A DNA stretch of 63,132 bases from a virus (taxonomy: Duplodnaviria > Caudoviricetes). The stretch spans positions 1-63,132 of IMG/VR virus record IMGVR_UViG_3300005095_000109; one strand, written 5' to 3'. The translations under genes and the position numbers were made by a program. Numbering within the stretch: the first letter of the stretch is position 1; the number at the start of each line of letters is the position of its first letter. The notes beneath the pieces were generated by a model. It was not told where the DNA came from, did not search any database, and saw only the letters and a program-made list of their open reading frames with translations. This document shows, piece after piece, positions 51,701-58,638 of this stretch.

Positions 51701-53937
51701 TTGTCAGATTTAAATTTGCTAAAATTGTTATTTATCTTTGTTAGCCTAATGAAGTATGGCATTAATGGTAGTAATTTATCATCTATCTTATCTAAATAAT
51801 TTAATACTTGCACATCTATATGTTTTGTTATATCTATTGCCTTATTTGCTATATCGTTATCTATTACATTAAGGTCTTTTAATGTATTTAATGTATTAGA
51901 AATTACATCTGAGAATCTAATATATGCTCTTGGGTTATGAGAGAACGCTGTAACTGGCAACGCTGAATATATTAAGTCAACCACTGCTTCTACATTATTT
52001 CTTTTTAAAATTTCCTTATTATCTGCGTCCTCTAACTCTTTTTCAAATTTGCTAAACAGTGTTGTTGGCACTAATTCAACTTCACCGCCACGTCTGACTA
52101 CCTTAAATATGTTTTGTAGTGCATTTCCAATCTTTGGATATTTAGTAATCAGTTCAATTATCTCTTGTGTCTTTCGTTCGCCTTTTGGTTGTATTTGTTG
52201 TTCACGTCTTTGTTGTTGTTGTTGCACTTGTTGAGTTTGTTGTTGTATCTCTTGTTGTGTTTGTTTATGCGATACTTGTTGTTGTGCTGATTGCTGGGGA
52301 GGTTGTATTTGTTGTTGAGGCGTGGCTTGTTGAGTTTGTTTAAATATATCTTTTACGCTTTGTATTTGTTGTTGAGTTTGTTTTATTCTTTGTGATGCCA
52401 ACGATTTGGTTCCATTCATTATTCCGCCCATGCTTGATAGGAACGCCCCACCTATTGCTCCAGCCATGAAGGCGTAGTATAATTGCTGTCTGTCTTCTGG
52501 GCTATTTATCATTTCTGTTATTGCATCTGTCCAAGATATATCTGTTGCTTTTGGATTTCGCAACATTAGGTTTACTCTATGGTATGCTATTAGTGGCAGT
52601 GCTTCTTGTATTACTTCCTCAACGCCCTCTGTTATAGCACCTTCTGTTACTATTTTTGTTGCTTTAACACCTATTTCAAGAGGTGTTTTTGCTAATGTTT
52701 TAGCTACTTGCCCAGTGGCTCGTTTTCTAATATTGTCAAGTATTATCTTGCTTGCTGTTTTCCTAATAGTTGCTTTTCCTGCTTGCACTGCTGTGCCGAG
52801 GAATAGCCTTCCAGGTGCGAATAGTGCTGTTGATAATGCTTCAACGCCAGCTGCTCCTAAGCCAGTTAATGTTGAGTATCTATCTGCTATTCTATATATT
52901 TCCTCGTCAGATATATTAATGAGTCCTTTCTGTTTGTCTTCAAGTAGTCTATCTGATATTTCCTTATATGCGTTCCATTTCTCTGCGAAGTATGTAGGTG
53001 CTGCTGAGCCGACTAATGCGCCTGCCAACGCCCCAAGAGGTCCCCCGACTTTGCCGCCTGCTAAGCCGCCAGCCATTGCCCCGACTATTGGTATTATTGC
53101 AGAGCCTGTTGCTTCGCCTGCCAACGCCGCTATTGTCTGCAGGTCCCAGTATCCGTCTCTTTCAACATATCCGTGTGCGAGCAGGTCTGTATCAACTGAT
53201 TCTCTGTATATCTCATCAAGCCATTCATCAAGTCCTGTTTCGTAGTCAAATTGCAGTTCTGTTCCTTTGATTGCACTTGAGGTCATTTGTAGCATTGAGC
53301 CTTTGAAATTGTTCCAGAATAGGTATAGTGCGCTGGCGTCCCTGATCTTTCGTTCTCTAAGGAGTTCTTCAAGGTTGGCGTCATATAGGTAGTCTGCGTC
53401 GTCGTTTGCTTCTGGGTAGTATCCTTTGAAGGCGTATATTGTTTTAGATGTTAGATAAACGGCGCGTTCCAGTTCTGTGGGGTCAAGGGCTTTTAGTTTC
53501 TTATTGCCGTAGCCTTTCATTTGTTGTATGATAGATTGGAACGTTATAGGCATAAGTGTTTTAAGTGCTTCTGGGTCTATGTTGGCGAGTGCTTGTTTAT
53601 AGAACTCTCTTAGCGTTTGGTCTTTTAGTTCGCCTGTTTGTGGGTCGAACATGTGTGTTCGTGTGATAATTTCTATTTCTTTTTTTGTTGGATATTTTGC
53701 TTCGTGTGGTATATATTCCTGTGCTATATAGTTTAGTAATCCCTCATCAATTGCTACTATTCCTGTTTGTGATAGTTCAATTGCTTTATCTAAGGTATTT
53801 GCTTTGATGGCGTCGAGGAATATCTGTGGGTTATTAGGTATAGCAAGTTCTTGTGTGTCATATGGCAATACTATTTGTGGCTGTTGTGTATTCTGCTTTG
53901 TATTTTGCTGATTATTCTGTTTGCTCTGTGGCTGCAT
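39754..53937 (-). CDS. Giant virion cargo protein / DPBB RNA polymerase with SLOG and zincin domains (4,727 aa)
   Basis: IRVPTQ...DADYDGD (46471-46485), ISGGQTGAD...NVAGPRES (about 50660-51195), HEFAH...EERLA (43015-43029), and N-terminal GA-rich helices. Confidence 0.85.
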   Translation of the reverse strand: MQPQSKQNNQQNTKQNTQQPQIVLPYDTQELAIPNNPQIFLDAIKANTLDKAIELSQTGIVAIDEGLLNYIAQEYIPHEAKYPTKKEIEIITRTHMFDPQTGELKDQTLREFYKQALANIDPEALKTLMPITFQSIIQQMKGYGNKKLKALDPTELERAVYLTSKTIYAFKGYYPEANDDADYLYDANLEELLRERKIRDASALYLFWNNFKGSMLQMTSSAIKGTELQFDYETGLDEWLDEIYRESVDTDLLAHGYVERDGYWDLQTIAALAGEATGSAIIPIVGAMAGGLAGGKVGGPLGALAGALVGSAAPTYFAEKWNAYKEISDRLLEDKQKGLINISDEEIYRIADRYSTLTGLGAAGVEALSTALFAPGRLFLGTAVQAGKATIRKTASKIILDNIRKRATGQVAKTLAKTPLEIGVKATKIVTEGAITEGVEEVIQEALPLIAYHRVNLMLRNPKATDISWTDAITEMINSPEDRQQLYYAFMAGAIGGAFLSSMGGIMNGTKSLASQRIKQTQQQIQSVKDIFKQTQQATPQQQIQPPQQSAQQQVSHKQTQQEIQQQTQQVQQQQQRREQQIQPKGERKTQEIIELITKYPKIGNALQNIFKVVRRGGEVELVPTTLFSKFEKELEDADNKEILKRNNVEAVVDLIYSALPVTAFSHNPRAYIRFSDVISNTLNTLKDLNVIDNDIANKAIDITKHIDVQVLNYLDKIDDKLLPLMPYFIRLTKINNNFSKFKSDNKALAEQMPNYGLMLPLSQKKKQDIFAKLPQEAKQFLEDVSLIIRDQIWNEQKAISKQAKQKLRNRLEELFASAGEQTLDAKRYALRLLDKYIIPDDVITYISQTDDTKIEQYLNGITPQQQQAQTQQPKQTQQQQKQEKEQETEQPEQPEQGEIQQPQQQPQQTKKIRLKKIISGGQTGADFGALLAAKELRLETGGIAPKGYRNELLDIGRQKEGMEHVGFLKQFGLEEDRTRDYRSRTKRNIDNADVVIIFYDPNNLTPGTKQTIRLAQDGLFGEPLQNPPEKPYRPYLLVDINQDIETNAQKIKEFIVEHDPEVINVAGPRESKVPGITQKTKEILVKAIKELIKPQNTQQKQQTQQATPQQQPAQPQQQQKKQREAEQKQSHPAAPQERKDEKKQTSQPTQNVRQKKEERLIIKHTEEVKADDLREVKSPILDEVDKLDETFAPNKERLIKALIESKLPSGRIRLKQAINKFLEGKSDEELKQIINTLNGKTPFVFKGDINENPKEALREALLDGGVYIVYSSKYKPPFDETTDIGKVFKELADKYRNENATVVNVKSSEDAEKEKISISIAQTVIIAALESATLKSKASKTISTKRLLDIFNKVLEGSNLSDRQKNIAKRVFTAKVLRISKTDEDSQTEIDEIELSDLETAMQESLEVFSRYIRDKDTSVYRTIIAFAIPPEYIVVNKDGTVEIATHHKENVITALNKVARESTKENFIDNLREYAYSLDIPSDARHSLQIILQALEGLPNKYRDRAISLFYNKASTSILLPVRTTNAHIEPSRRDTEGLVNIPAQIKSPSGAILNAVFASMLPRAIHLLKGKTFNSETTLVTEINKAIKGAWQSSELYTAARGLLTALQNLKKAIDNKEYLNNEYIQQQIDYELEKALHEFSVAFGVPMPPAGMVNPVTGNKELYDSIIDMLAMLAIAFEIPASRNYILGKGRQINLKNIDIEQIVTNTLNKKAGYITNVGFKTNLKFTGEEKILLYNDKIGDPLVFNIYKDDKKKQVREIRSVSYYYKKIIGELIKEGYYNKTTFNVGSEKGNALSFVNNVIRIFSNAKYFIQSIAKFNSAQDYINKLTELYKNTLIYRLIEQEGGDMVSLFTSVYIGEKATQFATAPYKNKLIAQLKMHINGIIESAGKYFYFISPPHGDSREVYAVKMPTYQDAKVFDKYSDLDFIAESVGLDNKDIKGRLAKYRDELVKEYESLLKEADIEYIEVKAPDDVTQSQISFLKNKYDIQYDKKANVFKIGKQSFKKIATDIVMASFVYDVLTSGDLVFTDMLSHGKKQKITKGAKTPTIRRLAPGKKLLIIPFKDPKIKLRIGNEVAETELLDGFCFYNDAMYDLINDTASIDDTSPFIKPMLYGLAPYKKKDGRYALAPLYGKMGGIKIEGGRSYVESRLQAILDELKRRGHIDDNTAVVFIASSAMKGHLTKGGGPIQVFDIFDIEAIETEEVNGQQVAKRAKLKVKKAVKDIATDIAEYIKEEEPYVDSSTFGIVINTNKPVDEQSSSLFPLMAYTTIKSVAQDPERVKELWNAYKELIEATLNNWDNSDIGFLRTMKEAIVGAIQGADAAWKTNVSESLSKMFKLLQDKIDKAIKSKAEEDIDEAKAMTEAVMHNIEYASIIIPTLAKMFHKRAARAELPGAHLYEVPDMGSPSTGELLIDGKAIVSPMVAKRGEKIMTIRVPTQAPNIAFSKVIGHTGEYYSNKARRRLHANIIIRGVRDRVRADADYDGDALFVFPEDGGMRKIIMDYIVSKGIKAIAPFIYEDLRGMKEITGQTFFKIIASKTHEGDYVSLVNDMIDYIMNNIDNVKTEKDINELITQYLKLKGLKIQKEIKNVNTPEWGWSMQSLKIAKALSKLVKTAEQVYNSVDEAIRDYKLDPSGMSNLADVVELAMLAKKYKITLPNDLQEVVRFTPETVKKIIDDEGYYKEIYDRLLSALSKSGKADLDKELSLENRSARLKISARTRSANDAISTLVVLRKLISVVDKMSYTGYTTQETEEEEIIVRRRKTINIQELLQKEGVVKSLDIFVQAALDDNNNNFAISRMLINSASLNYIAGAILHGNEISEVISEIINMYDFVEKYAVKNGYDYFSMPAHLYAQAVEAFYGDMSLEYRLEKMDYLAAGQEAISYVAPILGIYRSIPSSIEEMIRVRIALDEHKAYPGVEKTEFAIQSEYADFAGYIYSKIYEPLSTVFLPFREYSIFKGYETEIRPALELYSAYLVDKAMYGEAPSERLWMKMNIDLYNAKLNGRMPFHIARLLSAYSINGEHFIGPSQVKNIIGWLEKKRIKSPFKKNGVDLTFTNVSPHEWLAIKKLINASPDLSSIYLKPIAYVMTAKNGVFAASPVMSLLPEQELMQITESIAGISKEDKLQALRESLATNILRKSRPEGVVHGMVKYDLEKERFILFDIAGSKYMLINPLHPYNTRENIILLAGLNEFNIRVRKHNAYEYRKLTVEKPTQQELSKVLTNLPPDLADALSAIPPQTPNNYVILKIKYDKVVEDRQSKQKLITTRYHELAYMPGLAEPADNSLVKITPYFDGIPKQEVIVSGVDFSSMLITHLQSLNVNREVADKIKDLINSLQTVDVAVRINEIGGKAQAKIYIPPGINISVTEVNLNGLDIDKVINDLSARTINVLSRIAVSNPNLLESIKSAISLSQKLQASNTIDDNLILNTKFDKIGIVNDKDVFGFYIPTSKRASIAEALANALSSGRKTTIKLLKRASETQDIETINNTLKEAVAKKDMEQIKKILKDVLGAQGDIDKITESIINLAKKGVVPRLVKLSEESIEVVSINEAEIKSQIEDADYMIERESMVRIIENEELYKAIVKDLMAKYPFVEIRIYDEKLGKRLGYMQKRELSYLVAWSLVDGRITTAPHEFAHVYIDMFREDPLVKRLIDKYGEERLAEMLAVSYVRRLQDERKINELKGVLKVIYKFWTRLKWLIKSSIGYERLAKLFYEADLRRLTPTGEARQILEKQGIKQPQLQTQPAQQEIKQQAQHQPDNLFEQHFDEINPGIVADTEGVEQHYTEIKSADDIITAADEILDYLSFGFFISNEVDSGIMSLDIPARKQAMLQIFRQLDDIIGDDKEHQISKAILGLKGFGNFLDNSLSGLTNLQGAAYDDANPMSVFNLLFGDNPDGRLSDETIQQILNGTLEIEYDGKSPVASLKLQNGNEIVLRDLALSDVIVAVRALALINRVLSSKNTFQAADGRAITSTYNDYLDNEMVTQISTAASDPLVVKMFKTFKLSSFLQPHAFFNLIAGGTDNALYKGLYLAFEHGDMMASKLTMRVQKLITPTLKNKKLADGSQHIRSSEYVTVSRKDVPKMKVKFTNVKKVWNKGQEEIEEFEDVHELTPAEIITVYLYLKDNKAREDIKEHGIIYGSDRDDIKKRSIWFGDESAFKSFEKAINSIVNAHFKEEAQAFEQAFRILKNETNSIVKKAFGYENKADGLFVPRVSGIGTPLSVQIKGVANIFDNPYIDMHKRKNEAVTITDAYTVLTLSQRLASTVYGYTFPVMNYKKIAKTVTSYGDRYGSEMYRFLVQKIKSFVNRYYAPQLNEAKWQRLLDRQMKIEVAFIFFMNIFSAIKQAAGLVTLGAATGDLKSIGRAITLVGRIIKGAPVEQARAIKSKPESIMRELNDPRIREIIEYDTTGLIAARLISTPLLSYYTVEDLFGTKTSVSIEAGKLLTKMFGKKVAQKIIDATSMESTMSMIAYADREMIIETWNRYAEKAQKMGLKKGTREWAKYVSENTYNAVRSTQPMYTTTFRPEIYYSWIRLFTMFTTPSWPIFSNFVLGLRDYLKYRNTKRLSYYGLAIILTSLFLAAIDFLKELLTGEKRKTKEKEQERIAKTAAASFINNSLGLVAYPASYYLPATVNKILDLPTYGIRLPIGFNFMQAIANSTYRTIDFAKGESTPMQLTRDYLKAFSLTVTPIVPNQALSLMRKYEQANKRKRTKVVGSVSYRIR

Positions 53938-53992
53938 ATAGTATGTTTATTTGCTAAATTAGTGATTATGATAAGATACGTAAATTAGTGTT

Positions 53993-54301
53993 ATGGCTGT
54001 AAGTGAGTTGAGTGGTTATATTTGGAGGATGGCTGTTAAGAGCGTTAAATATGTTTTTCTTACCTATGAAAGTAATGGTTTATTTGGGTTCAGGGGCGAT
54101 AGCAAGGACTTTACTGTTTTTATTGTTGACAGTAATTATGACAAGTTTGATGATGATATGGTTGAGTTAAGCAGTATAGACTTTAATGACTTTGCGTGTG
54201 TTGTTATTTGTGATAGGTCTGCCGACGCTGTTTACTTACATGGCGATGTTCCTGAAGGTAGTATTGGCGATGTGATTAGGCAGTGGGTTGAGTATGCTTA
54301 G
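53993..54301 (+). CDS. Hypothetical acidic protein (102 aa), antisense to the cargo operon
   Basis: Exactly fills the gap and converges with 54298..56250. Confidence 0.65.
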   Translation: MAVSELSGYIWRMAVKSVKYVFLTYESNGLFGFRGDSKDFTVFIVDSNYDKFDDDMVELSSIDFNDFACVVICDRSADAVYLHGDVPEGSIGDVIRQWVEYA

Positions 54302-56250
54302 GGTCCTTGTTGGTATGCTTGTTCATATATATTTGGCACTCCTCTTTGCGGGCTTTCTGCTTCTTGCTGCATAGGTGCTGTCATTGCCCCCGCTATTTGT
54401 CTTGTTTGTGCTGTTTGTTGCATTTGAGTGGCGAGCGATACAGCGTCTAAGACTATAGGTGTAAGTGTTTTTGCTATTATCTCATATTCGTAATCATATC
54501 CTTCATCAGTTGGTATCTTATACTCTCTTAATTCAAAGTTGACAAGCGGCAATCTTTTATTCCCTATATCAATATACATGTTTTTAACAGTTAGCCTGTT
54601 TAATTCCGCTACTATACTTGAAATAGTCTGTCTATCAATTCCTATTTCTGCTGATTTCTGATATAGTTCTGAGAACTTATCTTGTATTTCCTGCACGTAT
54701 TCTTTCGGCAAGATGTTATTAAGTTTAGCGAAGTCAGATATATTCCCGTTATTTATGTCTATTGGCACGTGGGCTCGTGCTAATGCAAGGGTATAGTCTA
54801 TTCTGCCGTCTGCGTCTATGTCAGGCATTATTGTGTATTCTGTTAGTTCAACGTCGTATGCTTCTATGTCTGTTAATGTTGGTCTGTCTTCTGGATTTGT
54901 AACCATTTCAATCTTTGAGAAATCAAATTTATTGCCAATCATATCTCTAAGGCTGGCGGGGACAGGCACTATAACTTGCGTTTCTGTTTTTCGCAATCCT
55001 ATTGATATGTCATACCAAGGGGCTATATCTGGTATTGTATAGATGTTGATGGTTTCTGCTTCTTTCTTTTTAAGTTTGTCTTCTGTTCCAGTTGCTGATA
55101 TTTGTCTATCAATTTGTCGTTTTGGCAATGATTTTCTAAATTCTCTTGTTATTTGCAGTGCGTTGTTTTTGGGGATTTGGATTACATTGTATGGTGCTAA
55201 GTATACCGTAGTGTTCGGTTCCAATTGCTCTGTATCATCTACCTTGCCTATGTTTAGTTGTCCTACTGTTTGTGTAAATGGTATGATTGGTTGGGTTCTT
55301 TGTGTTCCGCCTCTTGCTGCTGAGAAGAGTCTTTGTTTCATGTTTGCGAGGACCATTGGGTCGTAGTCCCATCTATGGACTGTTGGTATGTTGCCCAGTA
55401 TTTGTGATGCTCTTTGTATTGCTTCTCTATCTATACGTCCTTTTTGCCTGAGGTATTCAGCCCAGTTGTTCAGTTGTATAGTTACGTATTGTGCTTGTTT
55501 ATCCGACAGGCGTTCCCAGTCTATTGATTGCTTGAGGACTTCAATGGCTACCCATGGCGGGACTGTTTCCAAGTGTCCGAGCAGTTGGTCTGCATATACT
55601 GTTCTGTCCCATCTGTTTTTGTTTGGTGTTGGTATAGTGTGGAATTTGAACATGTCGTGCAGGGCTGATGGGTTAAAGGACCCCATGAACTTGAGTTCTG
55701 GCAGGGCGCCTACGAAGTATAGGTCAACTGCTTCTTCTGCACTGATGTATCTGACTGTGTTTGTTGTTTTGTCGTATAGTGGGACTGGTGCTACCCAGTG
55801 TCCTTTTGACCATGCTTCCACCATTTGCGTATATGCTTTTTTGTTTTGCATTGCTTTAGCGAGCAGTGGCGACAGCATGAGTTGTTTTTTGTAGTTTGTG
55901 AGGGCTTGTTGACCTTCTGCTGAGAGCCATGATGAGACATCTCCGCCGTATTTTTCAAGTGATACTTGAAGTTCTTGTCTTAGTTGTTGTTCGTATTCTT
56001 TTAGTCTTGCTATATCTGGGCTGAGCAGTTCAAAGTTTTGTAACTTGTCAATGTGTTCTTGTATGAATGATTCAAAGGCTTCCCTTGCAAGCCTTTCTTC
56101 CTCTGCGTCTTTTGCGGCGAATAGGAATAGGCGTTTTGCTGTTTCAAGGCGTTGTGTGTCTGCTTCGTATATGATAGAGAATGGTGCTATTACAGCGAGG
56201 GCTCCTTCTGTTGTTTGTAGTGGTTGTCTATGTGGCGTAGCACCGTTCAT
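54298..56250 (-). CDS. Putative internal virion (cargo) protein (650 aa)
   Basis: Helical N-terminus, upstream of the RNAP gene as in crAss cargo blocks. Confidence 0.65.
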   Translation of the reverse strand: MNGATPHRQPLQTTEGALAVIAPFSIIYEADTQRLETAKRLFLFAAKDAEEERLAREAFESFIQEHIDKLQNFELLSPDIARLKEYEQQLRQELQVSLEKYGGDVSSWLSAEGQQALTNYKKQLMLSPLLAKAMQNKKAYTQMVEAWSKGHWVAPVPLYDKTTNTVRYISAEEAVDLYFVGALPELKFMGSFNPSALHDMFKFHTIPTPNKNRWDRTVYADQLLGHLETVPPWVAIEVLKQSIDWERLSDKQAQYVTIQLNNWAEYLRQKGRIDREAIQRASQILGNIPTVHRWDYDPMVLANMKQRLFSAARGGTQRTQPIIPFTQTVGQLNIGKVDDTEQLEPNTTVYLAPYNVIQIPKNNALQITREFRKSLPKRQIDRQISATGTEDKLKKKEAETINIYTIPDIAPWYDISIGLRKTETQVIVPVPASLRDMIGNKFDFSKIEMVTNPEDRPTLTDIEAYDVELTEYTIMPDIDADGRIDYTLALARAHVPIDINNGNISDFAKLNNILPKEYVQEIQDKFSELYQKSAEIGIDRQTISSIVAELNRLTVKNMYIDIGNKRLPLVNFELREYKIPTDEGYDYEYEIIAKTLTPIVLDAVSLATQMQQTAQTRQIAGAMTAPMQQEAESPQRGVPNIYEQAYQQGP

Positions 56251-56252
56251 AG

Positions 56253-56999
56253 TTAGTCATTTAGCAGTTCGTTCCATATTTGAATATCGTATTTTTTGTT
56301 TCCTTTTTTGTTGTTTTCTGTTTTACGTTCTGTTGGTGTTGTTATGTTGTATCCTCCTGAGTGGGCGTAGTCAAGCAGTTGCTCTCTTCTTTGTAGCATT
56401 TCGTCTATTAACGGGTCCATTTGCCTGCGTCGTTCCCCGAGAGCTATTGCGTTCAGCATGTTAATCATTCCTGCTTGGATGAGGCTTGCTGCTTCTGCTT
56501 GTTGTTGCAGTAGTGTTTCCCGTTCTGCTTTTCGTGCCAGTTGCTTATATGATGCTATTGTTGACAGGACGTTTGTTAGTCCTTGTAGTGCTTGCATCTT
56601 TACCTGTTCGTCTGTTCTATACATGTCAAGTATGATGTTTTGTGCTTTGTCCTGTGCTGCTGATAGCATTGCGTATGCGAGGGCTCCGTGTCCACCAGCC
56701 AGTGAAGGCACTTGTGCTATTGCTTGCTGAGTAAGCATTGAAGCGAGCCGTTTGAATGCTGCTTCTTCCTCAGGCGTTAGTCCGACAGTTGCTTTTTTCT
56801 GCCACAGTTTAAGTGCTGGTGTTAGGATGTTTGATGTGTCAAGGCTTGGCAGGTCAGGCATATTAGCCATTTTGTTTAAGCCCATAGCCATTTGGAACAG
56901 TGCTAGGGATGCTGTTGCGGCGTTGGCGAAGTTGATGCCTTGCAGGTTTTCTGTGTTTGTTTGCGGTGCCTGTTGTTTTTTAGTTGTGTTTTGTGCCAT
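56253..56999 (-). CDS. Putative internal virion (ejected) protein (248 aa)
   Basis: A/Q-rich helical sequence, in operon with the cargo genes. Confidence 0.65.
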   Translation of the reverse strand: MAQNTTKKQQAPQTNTENLQGINFANAATASLALFQMAMGLNKMANMPDLPSLDTSNILTPALKLWQKKATVGLTPEEEAAFKRLASMLTQQAIAQVPSLAGGHGALAYAMLSAAQDKAQNIILDMYRTDEQVKMQALQGLTNVLSTIASYKQLARKAERETLLQQQAEAASLIQAGMINMLNAIALGERRRQMDPLIDEMLQRREQLLDYAHSGGYNITTPTERKTENNKKGNKKYDIQIWNELLND

Positions 57000-57006
57000 T
57001 GCTAAT

Positions 57007-57660
57007 TTATTTTACTGTTTTTTGGCGTTGGGCGAATACGTTGTATTTGTCGTATGGGACGTTTACTGTGTGGTAGTACACTTGTGCTATATCTGAAATT
57101 ACGTTTCCTACCAATGGAATCATCTGGTTTACCTGTGCCCAGTCTATTTGTGATTGTTGTGCTGTTGCTTGCTGTGTTGCCGCTTGCTGTGCTGGCGCTT
57201 GTTGTGTTGTTGTTTGTTGCTGTTGTTGCCAAGCCTGCCCCATTAGTGCTTTCGCTGTGTTTGTTACGGCCTGAGCCAGTTCAGTGTTTTGTGTTGTTGC
57301 GGCTGCTGTTGATGCTGTGGCGGCAGCTGTGCCGCTTGTTCCTGTTCCTAATCCTCCGAATGTTCCTGCTGAGATGATTAGCAGTGCGAGGTCTGTGTTT
57401 AGTTTTGCGAGCGATATAAGTCTGTTTCTTGCGGCTTCTTTTTCCGCCTTTATATTTCCTTCTGCCCGAGTGCCTGTTTGGTCGCTTGTTAATGTTGCCA
57501 TTGGCGCTGTTGTTAAAAAGCGATTTAATGCTGATGATGATTTTCCTGTATAGACGTCTAATCCAAGAGCCTTTCTCCATAGTAGTTCTTTTTTAGTTGG
57601 TTGTCTAAATGCTATGTGTAGCAGTTGTTGTTGCTGTGGTGCTTCTTTGTATATAGCCAT
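57007..57660 (-). CDS. Putative internal virion protein (217 aa, A/T/Q-rich)
   Basis: Co-oriented low-complexity ORF. Confidence 0.6.
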   Translation of the reverse strand: MAIYKEAPQQQQLLHIAFRQPTKKELLWRKALGLDVYTGKSSSALNRFLTTAPMATLTSDQTGTRAEGNIKAEKEAARNRLISLAKLNTDLALLIISAGTFGGLGTGTSGTAAATASTAAATTQNTELAQAVTNTAKALMGQAWQQQQQTTTQQAPAQQAATQQATAQQSQIDWAQVNQMIPLVGNVISDIAQVYYHTVNVPYDKYNVFAQRQKTVK

Positions 57661-57663
57661 TGG

Positions 57664-57999
57664 CTATTTATTTTTAGTTTGTTGTTGTATCTGTTTGTTT
57701 ATTTCTTTTGTTAGTTCCTTAGCCATGTCTTTTACCACTTTTGTTATTACTGCGTTTTTGTTTGCGAGGTCAATTATGTCAAGGATTACGTCTATTCGTG
57801 TTGACAGGGCTATCCATTCTCTGATAGACATATTTCTTTCTTTTGAAATCATTGCTGCGTATATACATGCTCTGACGAATTCTGCGAATGATAGTTCTTC
57901 TGCCTCAAGCATTTTTTTGAATTCGTCAAAGCGTTGTTCATCTATTATTTTGTAAAATGCGTGTGAGTCGCCTACCCTTACTGTTATTGTCTTAGACAT
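57664..57999 (-). CDS. Hypothetical protein, possible ribbon-helix-helix regulator
   Basis: KTITVRV strand, then helices ending SFAEFVRACI. Confidence 0.55.
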   Translation of the reverse strand: MSKTITVRVGDSHAFYKIIDEQRFDEFKKMLEAEELSFAEFVRACIYAAMISKERNMSIREWIALSTRIDVILDIIDLANKNAVITKVVKDMAKELTKEINKQIQQQTKNK

Positions 58000-58570
58000 C
58001 TTCGCTTAGTTTAATGAGTAGTTTACGTGCTTCATCTTCTATTTCTTCTTCTGTAAAGATAAGACTTATCTTCCTTATACCTTTCATAGATAGTATGCGA
58101 GCCAGTGCTGCCTCTATCAGTATTCTGAATGCTTTAAGGACTATGTATGCTTGGGCGTGTGCTGGCGGCTCAACGTATTTGTAGTCAACAGTTGGGTGAG
58201 TGAAGAACATATGTGCAGAGAAGACGTTTTTGTCTGTGTTGAATGACAGTGTGATGTTTAGTTCATCTCCGTATGGTGTCTTATAGAGTAGTTTATGTTT
58301 TGGCAATTCTGACAGCGACACTTCTGCTCTATAAGGCAGTGCTATCTGTTCTGCGAGAGATATTGTTGTGAAGAATGCTGTGTTGATTGTTGACATGCTA
58401 TCTGGGTGTGTCGTTAGGAGGAAGTGCAGTGCGTCTTTTGCTGCTGTGATTAGTTGCCTGATAGCTGGTTTAGTTAAGTATGCTTTGACGAGTCGTATTG
58501 CTTCGTCCATGACTTCTTCCTTGTCTATGTTTAGTTTGCTTTGCAGTGTTGTTCTAAACATTCTTCTCAT
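57992..58570 (-). CDS. Hypothetical protein (192 aa)
   Basis: Overlapping, co-oriented ORF. Confidence 0.75.
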   Translation of the reverse strand: MRRMFRTTLQSKLNIDKEEVMDEAIRLVKAYLTKPAIRQLITAAKDALHFLLTTHPDSMSTINTAFFTTISLAEQIALPYRAEVSLSELPKHKLLYKTPYGDELNITLSFNTDKNVFSAHMFFTHPTVDYKYVEPPAHAQAYIVLKAFRILIEAALARILSMKGIRKISLIFTEEEIEDEARKLLIKLSEDV

Positions 58571-58638
58571 TGCTATGTGATTTAAGTTAGTGTTGTTTAG
58601 TTATGTAAATTTACGGTTGAGAAGTTAAATTTAGTTTT

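Noticed and set aside
39754-53937. Stop-codon reassignment as in some crAss phages
   Set aside because: Genes are full-length and tightly packed in the standard code, TAG and TGA both end genes, and there is no suppressor tRNA.
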